Origin: Gammaproteobacteria bacterium
GTDB taxonomy: Bacteria > Pseudomonadota > Gammaproteobacteria > HK1
Direction of reading: 5' to 3'
NCBI GenBank assembly: GCA_965221555.1
Contig: OZ244895.1
Coordinates: 1,294,803 to 1,358,802, forward strand
Length of the DNA stretch: 64,000 bases
Shown: piece by piece, positions 18,867-28,141 of the stretch
Numbering within the stretch: position 1 is the stretch's first letter
Layout: each line of letters begins with the position of its first letter
Position numbers and translations under genes: made by a program
Notes under the pieces: generated by a model
Databases searched by the model: none
What the model saw: only the letters and a program-made list of their open reading frames with translations
What the model was told of the DNA's origin: nothing

Positions 18867-19769
18867 TCATTGCGCGGCCTTGCCTCTGGCCTCCAGACGC
18901 CGGAAGAACAGTGACAGACTGAAGCACAGGGTGAAGTAAAGCGCCGCCGTCGTGAGCCACGCTTCGAAGATCATCCCCGTGGAGTTGGCGAGGTCGACGG
19001 TCTTCAGAGTGAGGTCCTGGACGGATATCAGGGAGATGATGGCGCTGTCCTTGATCAGCGATATGAACTGGTTGGCGAGCGGCGGCAGCACCTTGCGCAG
19101 CGCTTGGGGCATGATGATGAAACGGGTCTCGTCGAGCCAGCTCATTCCCAGCGAACGGGCCGCCTCGCGTTGTCCCCGGTTGATGGATTCGATTCCGGCG
19201 CGGACGATCTCGCCGACGAATGCGCTCTCGAAGAGCGCGAGGACGATCACGCCGGAGACAAGCGACGGGAAGCGGCGCATGTCGCCGAAGAAGAATTCCC
19301 AGACTTCGTTGTCCTCCCGCCGGGCGATCGCGTAGGCCCAGTCCTCGATGTTCAACGCCGTGATCAGTTGCTCGGACAGGAAGAAGAAGAAGATGAAGAT
19401 GACGACGAGAGGAGGAATGTTGCGCAGGAACTCCAGGTAGGTGCGGGCAAGCATCCGCACGGTGAGGTTCGTCACGGTCCGCGCGACTCCCAGGATGATG
19501 CCCAGGATGAGCGCGAGAATGCTCGCGTAGATGCTGATCCGGATCGTTGTGATCAGGCCCTGAATGAGCACGTTCGCGGTCCACCGCCCCGTCTCCTCGT
19601 CATGGAAGAAGAGGTAGTTGGGGATCTGCTCCCAACGCCAGATGTAGTTGAGCTTGCCCTCGATCTGGAGCCACACGTAGGCGAAGAAGGCGACGAGGAT
19701 CGCGACAATCAGGAAGTCGACCCAATGGAGCCGCTTCCTGAGCACTCTGAACCTGAATGCGCCGGTCAC
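18867..19769 (-). CDS. polar amino acid ABC transporter permease
   Basis: HisM/HisQ-like permease with the EAA-type loop (SLGMSWLDETRFIIMPQALRKVLPPLANQF). Confidence 0.85.
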   Translation of the reverse strand: MTGAFRFRVLRKRLHWVDFLIVAILVAFFAYVWLQIEGKLNYIWRWEQIPNYLFFHDEETGRWTANVLIQGLITTIRISIYASILALILGIILGVARTVTNLTVRMLARTYLEFLRNIPPLVVIFIFFFFLSEQLITALNIEDWAYAIARREDNEVWEFFFGDMRRFPSLVSGVIVLALFESAFVGEIVRAGIESINRGQREAARSLGMSWLDETRFIIMPQALRKVLPPLANQFISLIKDSAIISLISVQDLTLKTVDLANSTGMIFEAWLTTAALYFTLCFSLSLFFRRLEARGKAAQ

Positions 19770-19835
19770 TTCCGTCGCCTCCCTCGGGTCCGCTCTGCCC
19801 GGGCAGTCCCGGGCAGAGCGGCCACTCGCCGCTGC

Positions 19836-20669
19836 CTATTGCGTGACCTGGTCGGACCAGTCCAGGGTCTTGAACCAGTAGTCGTGGCGTTCCTGCAGCC
19901 AGCCCGTGCGCCAGGAATGCGCGATCCAGTTGTTGAAGTAGTTGAGCGCGTCGGGATCACCCTTGCGAAGCGCGAAAGCCTCGCCACGCGGGTCCCACAG
20001 CTTTTCGAATGGAACGTACAGCGTGTCGGGATAGTTTGCCGCCTCGCGGTTCGGGGTGGGTTGCGCCGCCATCGTCGCATGGGCGTTGCCGTTCAACACC
20101 TCCTGGGCCGCCGCTCTGTCCTCGTCGAACTGGAGCATCTGCGCCTTCGGGAACAGCTCCGGGATGAGCACCGCTGGCGTGGCGCCTCGGCGGGTCGCGA
20201 AGGTCACGTCCTCGCTGTTGAAGTCCTCCAGAGTGAACCCTTCCGTCATCTGCCGGTTGGCGAGTACGGTCAGGCCGGAGTAGGCGTAGGCATCGGTGAA
20301 GTTGATGGTGAGGTTGCGTTGCGCCGTGACCGACATGCCGGCGATGATGACGTCGAACTTTCCCGCGACCAGGGCGGGGATGATCCCGTCCCAGGACGTG
20401 ACGAGAAACTCGGCCTCGACCCCCATGTCCTCGGCGAGCTTTCGGCCCACGTCGGGCTCGAAGCCGATGAGTTCGCCGGTCTTGTCGCGCATCGACCACG
20501 GCACGAAGAGCGAGAGACCGATCTTGATCACCCCCCGCTTCTTGATGGTCTCGATGACGCTTTCCGATGACAGGGCCTGGCTGGCCTGTTGCGCCAGGGA
20601 AGGCGTCGCGCCCGCCAGAGCAATGACTCCGGCCAGGGTCATGCCCAGTGTTCTTCTCGATAGACTCAT
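19836..20669 (-). CDS. ABC transporter substrate-binding protein (polar amino acid/opine type) with signal peptide
   Basis: N-terminal signal peptide and SBP_bac_3-like fold (KIGLSLFVPWSM...DVIIAGMSVTAQR). Confidence 0.85.
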   Translation of the reverse strand: MSLSRRTLGMTLAGVIALAGATPSLAQQASQALSSESVIETIKKRGVIKIGLSLFVPWSMRDKTGELIGFEPDVGRKLAEDMGVEAEFLVTSWDGIIPALVAGKFDVIIAGMSVTAQRNLTINFTDAYAYSGLTVLANRQMTEGFTLEDFNSEDVTFATRRGATPAVLIPELFPKAQMLQFDEDRAAAQEVLNGNAHATMAAQPTPNREAANYPDTLYVPFEKLWDPRGEAFALRKGDPDALNYFNNWIAHSWRTGWLQERHDYWFKTLDWSDQVTQ

Positions 20670-20705
20670 GGTCTTCCTCCCGTTTTTCGATGAGACCTTC
20701 GGTCT

Positions 20706-21494
20706 CTAGCTTCTGACCGCAAAGCGTTTCTCGAGTCCCGACACGAACGTCGACAGAATCAGGGTGACGGCAAGATAGACCGCCGCCACCGTGAACCAGA
20801 TCTCGAAGCTCATGTAGGTGTCGGAAATGATGTTGCGGCCAATGGTGGTCAGCTCCGCGACCGCGATCACACTCACGATTGCGGAGCTCTTGATAAGCTG
20901 CACCGCTTCATTGGTAAGCGGGGGCAGCATGACTTTTACCGACTGCGGAAGAATGATGAAGCGGTAGCTCTGGGCGACCGACATGCCGATCGACTTGGCC
21001 GCTTCCCATTGTCCCCTCGGAACCGAATTGATTCCGGCCCGAAAGATCTCCGATATCGTCGCCGAGTGATAGACGGCGAGGCAGATGATCGCCGCGATGT
21101 ACCGATCGAATTTGAATATCGGCCCGATGACGTAGTAGATCAGGTACAGGAGGACCAGCAGCGGTATGTTCCGGACGAATTCGAGATAGACGAGGGCGAC
21201 TCCGGACCCTACGAGCAGGCCGGAGAGCCTGAGCAGGGCGATGAACAGGCCGACGATCGTCGCAAGGAGAAAGGCCTTCACCGACAGATCGATCGACTTC
21301 AGCAGTCCGAAGATGATCTCTCCCCACTGGAAGCCGTCCTCCGTGAGGTTGTAGAGGTAGTCCGGCACCCGGTACCACTGCCAGTTGTAGCCCATGGCTT
21401 CGGCGCCGGCGAGGGAAATCCTGGCGATCAGGTAGATAACGATCAGGTAGAGGAGGATGGAGAACGGCTTCGAACGGAACAGGCCCTGGAGCAT
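20706..21494 (-). CDS. polar amino acid ABC transporter permease
   Basis: Permease with the EAA loop (SIGMSVAQSYRFIILPQSVKVMLPPLTNE). The internal start MLQGLF was preferred over the 302-aa table ORF. Confidence 0.8.
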   Translation of the reverse strand: MLQGLFRSKPFSILLYLIVIYLIARISLAGAEAMGYNWQWYRVPDYLYNLTEDGFQWGEIIFGLLKSIDLSVKAFLLATIVGLFIALLRLSGLLVGSGVALVYLEFVRNIPLLVLLYLIYYVIGPIFKFDRYIAAIICLAVYHSATISEIFRAGINSVPRGQWEAAKSIGMSVAQSYRFIILPQSVKVMLPPLTNEAVQLIKSSAIVSVIAVAELTTIGRNIISDTYMSFEIWFTVAAVYLAVTLILSTFVSGLEKRFAVRS

Positions 21495-21577
21495 GCGCGA
21501 GGCCTTCTGGATCGAAGTCTTGCGGGTTCGACCGATCCCGGATCCAGACGTGTTTTCCAAGACCCTTCCCATGTCGA

Positions 21578-22320
21578 TCAGTGTTCCAGAATCTGCTCGA
21601 GGAAGGCCCGGCACCTCTTGCTCGAAGGGTTCTCGAAGAAGCGCTCCGGTGGCGCCGTCTCCACGATCCGGCCGTCTTCCATGAATACCATCTGGTCGGC
21701 GACCTTTCGGGCAAAGCCCATCTCATGGGTAACGCAGACCATGGTCATGCCGGTTCCGGCCAGCTCCACCATGACGTCCAGCACCTCGTTGATCATCTCC
21801 GGGTCCAATGCCGAGGTGGGCTCGTCGAAGAGCATGATCCTCGGTTCCATGCACAGCGATCGGGCAATCGCGACCCGTTGCTGCTGTCCTCCCGAGAGCT
21901 GTGCCGGATACTTGTCCGCCTGTTCCGGAATATGGACCCGTTCGAGATAGGTCCTTGCCCGCTCCTCGGCGTCGGCTCGGGAGACCTTTCGCACCCGGAT
22001 CGGACCTACGGTGAGATTTTCCAGCACGGTCAGATGAGGAAAGAGATTGAACTGCTGGAATACCATCCCGACCTCCATCCGGATGGCGCGGATGTTCGGG
22101 GTCTCGTCGCTGAGCTCCGTTCCGTCGACGATCAACTGCCCACCCGAATGCTCCTCCAGGCGATTGATGCATCGTATCAGCGTGGACTTGCCGGAGCCGG
22201 ATGGACCGCAGATGACGACCCGTTCGCCCGCGTTTACGGTGAGGCTCACATCGGCGAGCGCCTGAAATCCGCCAAAGAACTTGTCCAGGTTGCGGATTTC
22301 TATAATGGGTCTTGAATCGC
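21578..22320 (-). CDS. amino acid ABC transporter ATP-binding protein
   Basis: Walker A GPSGSGKST, signature LSGGQQQRV and Walker B LFDEPTSALD. GTG start inferred at about 22320. Confidence 0.9.
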
Positions 22321-22599
22321 TTGCCACCAGCCAGGCTCGGATTCCGCGAACGAGCGAAAAGAGAACCTGAACACGCCAGAACCCAGGTGTCAATGAGCGT
22401 CGAAAGGGCCGCACCGGCCGCGTGGATGGCGTGACGGATGGCGCCCGCGGACCGGACGCGAGCCGGCATTCTCTCCTCTCGCGTAGGGGGTGGGACCTGT
22501 CGCGGCCGGATTGAGGTGGCCCGGGATGCGCTGCCGGGTCCGATTCCCCCGTCTTCCCGAGGCACGTACACTTGTCGTTCAGTCTCGGGAGGACCCTGG

Positions 22600-23721
22600 A
22601 TGACCGACCACGTGAGGCCGGACGCTCCGAGCCGCATGCCGCCCATGGATCCGCGCTACCGCCGGATGGCCGAATGGCAGTGGCGCAGACAGATGATGCC
22701 GACACAGCGGGGCGCAGATCCCGAGCGCGCCGCGGGCGCCGCCGGTCCGGCCGGCGCCGCCCGCTATCGCCCGCGACCTCTCGTGCCTTCGCGGGCCTCG
22801 CCCGGCGCGGCCCGGGGGTCGTCCTCGGTGCGCCGGCACGCGGGCGGCAAGGAGATCTTCTGTGCCTTCGGGGTGGACGTGGATGCGGTGGCGGGCTGGC
22901 TCGGCTCCTACGGCGGGGAGGACTCGCCCTGCGACATCTCCCGGGGACTCTTCTCCGGCGAGGTGGGAGTACCCCGGCTGGTCGAGCTCTTCCGCCGCTT
23001 CGACATCCGCACCACCTGGTTCATTCCCGGACACTCCATAGAGACCTTTCCGGAGCAATGCCGCATGGTGGCCGATGCCGGACACGAGATCGGCATTCAT
23101 GGCTACTCCCACGAGAACCCGATCGCGATGACCCGCGAGCAGGAAACGGCGGTACTCGACAAGTGCATCGACCTCGTCGAGCGGCTCGCGGGGCGGCGGC
23201 CGACCGGCTACGTCGCCCCGTGGTGGGAGTTCAGCCCGGTCACCAACCAGTTGCTGCTGGAGCGCGGGATCAAGTACGACCACAGTCTGATGAACGACGA
23301 CTTCCATCCCTTCTACGTGCGGGTGGGAGACTCCTGGACGAAGATCGACTACTCCCGAAACGCCGACGAGTGGATGAAGCCGCTGGTGCGGGGCGAGGAG
23401 ACCGATCTCATCGACATTCCGGGCAACTGGTATCTCGACGACCTGCCGCCGATGATGTTCATCAAGTCCGCTCCGAACAGCTTCGGCTTCATCAACCCGC
23501 GCGACATCGAGGAGCTGTGGCGTGACCAGTTCGACTGGGTATACCGCGAGTACGACTACGCGGTCTTCACGATGACCATCCACCCCGACGTGTCGGGCCG
23601 CCCTCAGGTTCTGCTCATGCTGGAGCGGATCCACGAGTATCTGAGCTCCCATCCCGGAGTGCGCTTCTGCACCTTCGACGACATCGCCGACGACTTCCGG
23701 CGGCGGTGCCCGCGCCAATGA
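22600..23721 (+). CDS. polysaccharide deacetylase (NodB-fold) family hydrolase
   Basis: Motifs TWFIPGHS and [11 protein letters not shown]. The start is uncertain; the first in-frame ATG after the divergent promoter region is about 22600. Confidence 0.75.
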   Translation: MTDHVRPDAPSRMPPMDPRYRRMAEWQWRRQMMPTQRGADPERAAGAAGPAGAARYRPRPLVPSRASPGAARGSSSVRRHAGGKEIFCAFGVDVDAVAGWLGSYGGEDSPCDISRGLFSGEVGVPRLVELFRRFDIRTTWFIPGHSIETFPEQCRMVADAGHEIGIHGYSHENPIAMTREQETAVLDKCIDLVERLAGRRPTGYVAPWWEFSPVTNQLLLERGIKYDHSLMNDDFHPFYVRVGDSWTKIDYSRNADEWMKPLVRGEETDLIDIPGNWYLDDLPPMMFIKSAPNSFGFINPRDIEELWRDQFDWVYREYDYAVFTMTIHPDVSGRPQVLLMLERIHEYLSSHPGVRFCTFDDIADDFRRRCPRQ

Positions 23722-23722
23722 C

Positions 23723-24079
23723 ATGTGCAGCCTGTGCGGCATCCTCGCGGGCCGGAGGCACTGGACGGAGAGCTCCGCAAACCCCGAGGTGTTCGCGGGT
23801 AGGCGCCGGGCCCACACCGTGGGCCGCGAGCGCCAGCACCGTACCCGCGTCCTGAACGTCGTCCTCGCCCCCTACGGGCTCTCGGTCTCCGATTGGGCCG
23901 GGAGCCGCTACGTCCTGCGCAGCCGCACCGGTCGCAGTGCGCTCGTCGAGAATCTGAACGAGCTCTGGGCGGAGGCGGAGAAGATGCTCGGACGACCCTG
24001 CGACCCCCTCGACCCCTCGCTGATTTCCGCCTTGCCCCGCGCCCCGGATACGGGGCCGGCACTGCATGCGGGGCGATGA
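23723..24079 (+). CDS. hypothetical small basic protein translationally coupled between the deacetylase and the COG0523 GTPase
   Basis: The ATG lies 2 nt after the upstream stop and the stop overlaps the next ATG (ATGA). There is no domain call. Confidence 0.35.
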   Translation: MCSLCGILAGRRHWTESSANPEVFAGRRRAHTVGRERQHRTRVLNVVLAPYGLSVSDWAGSRYVLRSRTGRSALVENLNELWAEAEKMLGRPCDPLDPSLISALPRAPDTGPALHAGR

Positions 24080-25116
24080 GCGCCTACGCGGACCTCGTCC
24101 CGGTCAACGTTCTCACCGGCTCGCTCGGCAGCGGCAAGACGACTCTGCTGAGAGAGCTCCTGCGCGCGCCGGGTCTCCGGGACACCGCGGTGCTCGTCAA
24201 TGAGCTCGGCGAGGTCGGCATCGATCATCACCTCATCGAGCATGCCACCGAAAGCACTCTGCTCCTCGAGAACGGCTGCCTGTGCTGCGCGATGCGCGAC
24301 GACATGAAGACCTCCCTGAAGGATCTGCACTCGCGTCGAGACCGTGCGGAGGTGCCACGCTACGAGAGGGTGGTGGTCGAGACCTCGGGAGTCGCCGACC
24401 CCGCGCCCATCGCCTATACCCTGATCGCGGAGCCGGTGCTCATGCACCACTACCGGCTCGGCAACGTGGTGACGCTCGTCGACGCGGTCAATGCGCGGGC
24501 GCAGCTGGAACGATTCGAGACCTCGGTCAAGCAGGTGGCGCTTGCGGATCGGCTGGTGCTGAGCAAGGTCGACCTCGCCGATGCGGGGGAGGTGCACGCG
24601 CTGCGTTCGCGCCTTGCCGCGCTCAACCCGGGCGCCCCCCTGCTCGAATCAGGCGCCCCGGACCTCGACCCGGTCGATCTGCTCGTCGCCGATCCCTACG
24701 AGGCGGCGGCGAAGGCGGCGGATATCGAGAAGTGGCGGGGCCGACTCGCGGCCGGGGGCGACGAACGCAGCCCTCACTCCGAGACGGTCGAGGCACACTG
24801 TTTCACCTTCGACCGGGAACTGGACTGGACCGCATTCGGGATCTGGATGACGATGCTGCTGCATCGCCACGGCGACCGGGTGCTGCGAATCAAGGGCCTG
24901 CTGAACGTGTCGGGGATGCCGGGTCCGGTACTCGTCAACGGCGTGCAGCACATCGTGCATCCCCCCGCCCATCTGGACGCCTGGCCCGGGGCGGACCGGC
25001 GCTCCCACCTCGTGGTCATCCTGGACGGCCTCGGCTTCGACGCGGTGGCCCGCTCGCTCGAAGCCTTCAACGCGATCGCGAATCACTCCGGCGAAGGCGC
25101 GCCAGCCAGGGGATGA
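24077..25116 (+). CDS. CobW/COG0523 family GTPase (putative metallochaperone)
   Basis: GSLGSGKTT P-loop, the CxCC motif (GCLCCAMRD) and a C-terminal CobW_C-like region. Confidence 0.85.
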
Positions 25117-25267
25117 GGAACACCACGCAGCCGAGAAGAAAGAAAACGCTGCCGAGCAGATAGATGGGGTCTCCGTCGCGCAGGCTCGCGGCGACGAACC
25201 ACAGAGCCGAGATCACGAACAGGATCCAGCCGGCGAGGTTGAGCTTCGATTCGGTTGCCGCCTTCAT
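25067..25267 (-). CDS. possible small two-TM membrane protein (66 aa)
   Basis: Two hydrophobic helices. It overlaps the 3' end of the CobW-like gene convergently, so it is uncertain. Confidence 0.3.
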   Translation of the reverse strand: MKAATESKLNLAGWILFVISALWFVAASLRDGDPIYLLGSVFFLLGCVVFLIPWLARLRRSDSRSR

Positions 25268-25443
25268 GCTCTCGTCCTCGTATTATGCGATTGCCGGGGG
25301 TGAGCGGAGTCCCCGGCCACCGCGAGACCGGCCGCCATGTTTCACCGGATGACGAAGCGAGGGCGTGCGGATGTCGGCAACTGCGCGTTCGCGACCCCGA
25401 GCCGGTGAAGCGCGGCGCCCGCGCAAGCTCGCCGGAGCGCGCC

Positions 25444-25953
25444 TCAGGCCCCGCGGGGCGGGGGTTTGCGTGGCCGCCATCCCCGGCGAAAGGCTCGCAC
25501 GAGCTGGTGCAGCAGGTAGAAGAGGATGGCGAGGATGACGAGCAGAACGATGGAGAGCAGGCGCCGTCCGAAAGAGGCGTCGATGACCGGTCCGCCCGCA
25601 ACGAGATGCTCTCCCAACATCTCTACCGCCTGCAGGGTCGCGCCCGCCGCGAAAACCACGGCGACGAGGATCGCGATCTGCAGGGTATCGTAGACGAGGC
25701 CCTCGACGTCGAGCTCGGTGGCGGCCTTGAAGATGTTCTGGCGAAAGGACTGCCAGTGGGCGACGACGTAGGCGATTACACCGACCAGGGAGGCGAACCA
25801 GAACAGGACGTTGCCGAAGTGGACGTTGGGGATTGCGGCGCTCAGGTAATCCTGGAAAGGTTGATAGAAGTACAGAAAAATCAACAGGATGACGATCCCG
25901 ACAAGGACTGTCCAGAACCTGGCGCCCCGGCGGCGTGCTTGCGTTTCGGCCAT
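25444..25953 (-). CDS. small integral membrane protein, paralog of 39611..40078
   Basis: About 4 TM helices; shares FWTV...FGNV(L/I)FW...AGGATLQA...L motifs with the 155-aa ORF at 39.6 kb. Internal start MAETQ chosen. Confidence 0.55.
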   Translation of the reverse strand: MAETQARRRGARFWTVLVGIVILLIFLYFYQPFQDYLSAAIPNVHFGNVLFWFASLVGVIAYVVAHWQSFRQNIFKAATELDVEGLVYDTLQIAILVAVVFAAGATLQAVEMLGEHLVAGGPVIDASFGRRLLSIVLLVILAILFYLLHQLVRAFRRGWRPRKPPPRGA

Positions 25954-26107
25954 GTCGTATCTGAGGTGCGGCGGCGCGGCCGCGGGCGCCGCGCCATCTC
26001 GCTCGGAGGGGTCGAGCGGATGGTAGACTAAAGTCCTGTGTCGCGCACGGGAGCTTGGGAGGATCAGCGCGAGGCTCGGGATCGATGTCGGTGGCACCTT
26101 CACCGAC

Positions 26108-28141
26108 TTGTTGCTGCAGGACGAGCAGAGCGGCGAGATCCACCTGCGAAAGACGCCCTCCACCCCCGAGGATCAGTCCATCGGGCTGATTACCGGAACC
26201 GCCGCGCTCCTCTCCGATACCGGCACGCAAGCGCGCGACGTGCGCTCCGTGCTCCACGGCACCACGGTGTCGACCAACATCGTGCTGGAGGAAAAGGGCG
26301 CGAAGGTGGGGTTGCTCGTCACCGAGAACTTCGAGCAGCTGCTCCACCTCGCGCGCTCCCAGACGCCGGGCCCGCTTGCGGGCTGGATGATCATGAAGAA
26401 GCCCGATCCGCTTGCGGATCTGGCGCTCACCCGGGGGGTCGCGGAGCGGATCGACGCGCGCGGGCGGATCCTCCGGCCCCTCGACGAGGACGCGGCCCGC
26501 GCCGCGATCCGCGAGCTGCTGGATGCGGGCATCGAGTCGCTCACCATCTCTCTGTTGCACGCCTATGCGAACGACGTGCACGAACGGCGTCTGAAGGCGC
26601 TCGTGGAGGAGACCGGCAGCGACGTGCCGGTCTCGCTCTCCTCCGAGATCCTCCCCGAGTTCAGGGAGTACGAGCGCACGCTGGTCACGGTGATGAACGC
26701 CTACGTGCGTCCGAGCATGCGGCGATATCTGCGCAATCTCGACGACAAGCTCAAGGGGCTCAACCTGGATGCGCGGGTGCACATCGTGCGCTCCGACGGG
26801 GGGTTGATGAGCGTCGAGCGTGCGACCGAGTCGCCCGCCCACACCATGCTATCCGGACCGGCGGGGGGCGTGTCGGGCGCGGCATTCGTGGCCGGGCGCG
26901 CGGGGTACCGCAATGCGCTTGGATTCGACATGGGCGGCACTTCGACCGACGTCTCCCTGGTGCGCGACGGCGAGCCCACCATCTCGCGCCAGACCTCGCT
27001 CGGCTACTATCCGGTGAAGGTGCCCTCGGTCGAAGTCCACAGCGTCGGGGCGGGCGGCGGCTCCATCGCCCACGTCCCGATGACCGGAGCGCTGCGGGTC
27101 GGACCCCAGAGCGCGGGCGCGCGGCCCGGCCCCGCCTGTTACGGCCACGGCGGCACCCTGCCCACCGTGACCGATGCCAACGTGGTGCTCGGGCGTCTGC
27201 CCCCCCGTCTCCTGGGCGGCGAGATGGCCCTCGATCCGGCGGCCTCGGCGTCCGCGCTCGGCCCCGTCGCGCGCGCCCTCGGCCTGGACGTGCACCAGGC
27301 CGCGCAGGGCGTCCTGGATATCGTCAACGAGAACATGTTCGGAGCCCTGCGGCTGGTGACGGTGCAAAAAGGGCTCGACCCGCGCGACTTTGCGCTCGTC
27401 GCCTTCGGCGGCGCCGGACCCCTGCACGGAAACGCGCTCGCCATCCTCGCCGGGTGCTTTCCGGTCATCGTGCCCCCCACCCCCGGAGTCCTCTCCGCGC
27501 TCGGCTTCCTGTGCTCCGACGTCAAGAACGAGTTCGCCCGCACCTACATCCGTCCCATCGACGAGGCCGATCCGCAAGACGTGCGTGGCGTGCTCGAAGA
27601 CCTGGGCGAGCAGGCCCGGGGCTGGCTCCGGGACGAGGGGGTGGCGGAAGCGCAGCACTCGCTTCGTTTCGAAGCGGACCTTCGTTACCTGCGCCAGGGG
27701 TACGAGTTCCCGCTCGAGGTGGAGCCGCGCTCGCTCGCCAATGGCGGGTTTGCCGCGCTCACGGAGCGCTTCGGCCAGTCGCACGAGCAGTTGTACGGAT
27801 TCCGGCTCGACCATCCGGTGGAGCTCGTCAACCTGCGCGCGGTCGGGGCGGCGGGGGTGGTGAAGGTCGAGTTCCCGCGCTTCGAGCGCGGGGATGCCGA
27901 CTCGGCGCAGGCGGTCACGGGCGATACCCGGGTGTATTTCGAGGGCCGGCTTCTCACCGCTCTCGTCTATGAGCGCAGTGACTTGCGCGCCGGGCACGAA
28001 GTGCGCGGACCCGCGATCGTCACCCAGCGCGACTCGACCACTCTGATCCACCCCGGACACGTCGGAGAGGTCGACGAGTACTTGAACATCCTCATTCGGC
28101 CCGCGGTCGAGTCCGCGGGCGGGAGCATGCGACATGGCTGA
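26108..28141 (+). CDS. hyuA: hydantoinase A/oxoprolinase (HyuA-type), second copy; N-terminus unresolved
   Basis: HyuA family along its whole length. The conserved GIDVGGTFTD motif is encoded upstream (26078-26107) of the first ATG/GTG/TTG, and the open frame begins at 26027. Confidence 0.85.
   Translation: MLLQDEQSGEIHLRKTPSTPEDQSIGLITGTAALLSDTGTQARDVRSVLHGTTVSTNIVLEEKGAKVGLLVTENFEQLLHLARSQTPGPLAGWMIMKKPDPLADLALTRGVAERIDARGRILRPLDEDAARAAIRELLDAGIESLTISLLHAYANDVHERRLKALVEETGSDVPVSLSSEILPEFREYERTLVTVMNAYVRPSMRRYLRNLDDKLKGLNLDARVHIVRSDGGLMSVERATESPAHTMLSGPAGGVSGAAFVAGRAGYRNALGFDMGGTSTDVSLVRDGEPTISRQTSLGYYPVKVPSVEVHSVGAGGGSIAHVPMTGALRVGPQSAGARPGPACYGHGGTLPTVTDANVVLGRLPPRLLGGEMALDPAASASALGPVARALGLDVHQAAQGVLDIVNENMFGALRLVTVQKGLDPRDFALVAFGGAGPLHGNALAILAGCFPVIVPPTPGVLSALGFLCSDVKNEFARTYIRPIDEADPQDVRGVLEDLGEQARGWLRDEGVAEAQHSLRFEADLRYLRQGYEFPLEVEPRSLANGGFAALTERFGQSHEQLYGFRLDHPVELVNLRAVGAAGVVKVEFPRFERGDADSAQAVTGDTRVYFEGRLLTALVYERSDLRAGHEVRGPAIVTQRDSTTLIHPGHVGEVDEYLNILIRPAVESAGGSMRHG

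Noticed and set aside
25067-25116. 50-nt convergent overlap between the small membrane ORF and the 3' end of the CobW-like gene
   Set aside because: This more likely indicates that the 66-aa ORF is doubtful or starts further downstream than that it is a functional antisense overlap. The ORF is kept only as a low-confidence feature.
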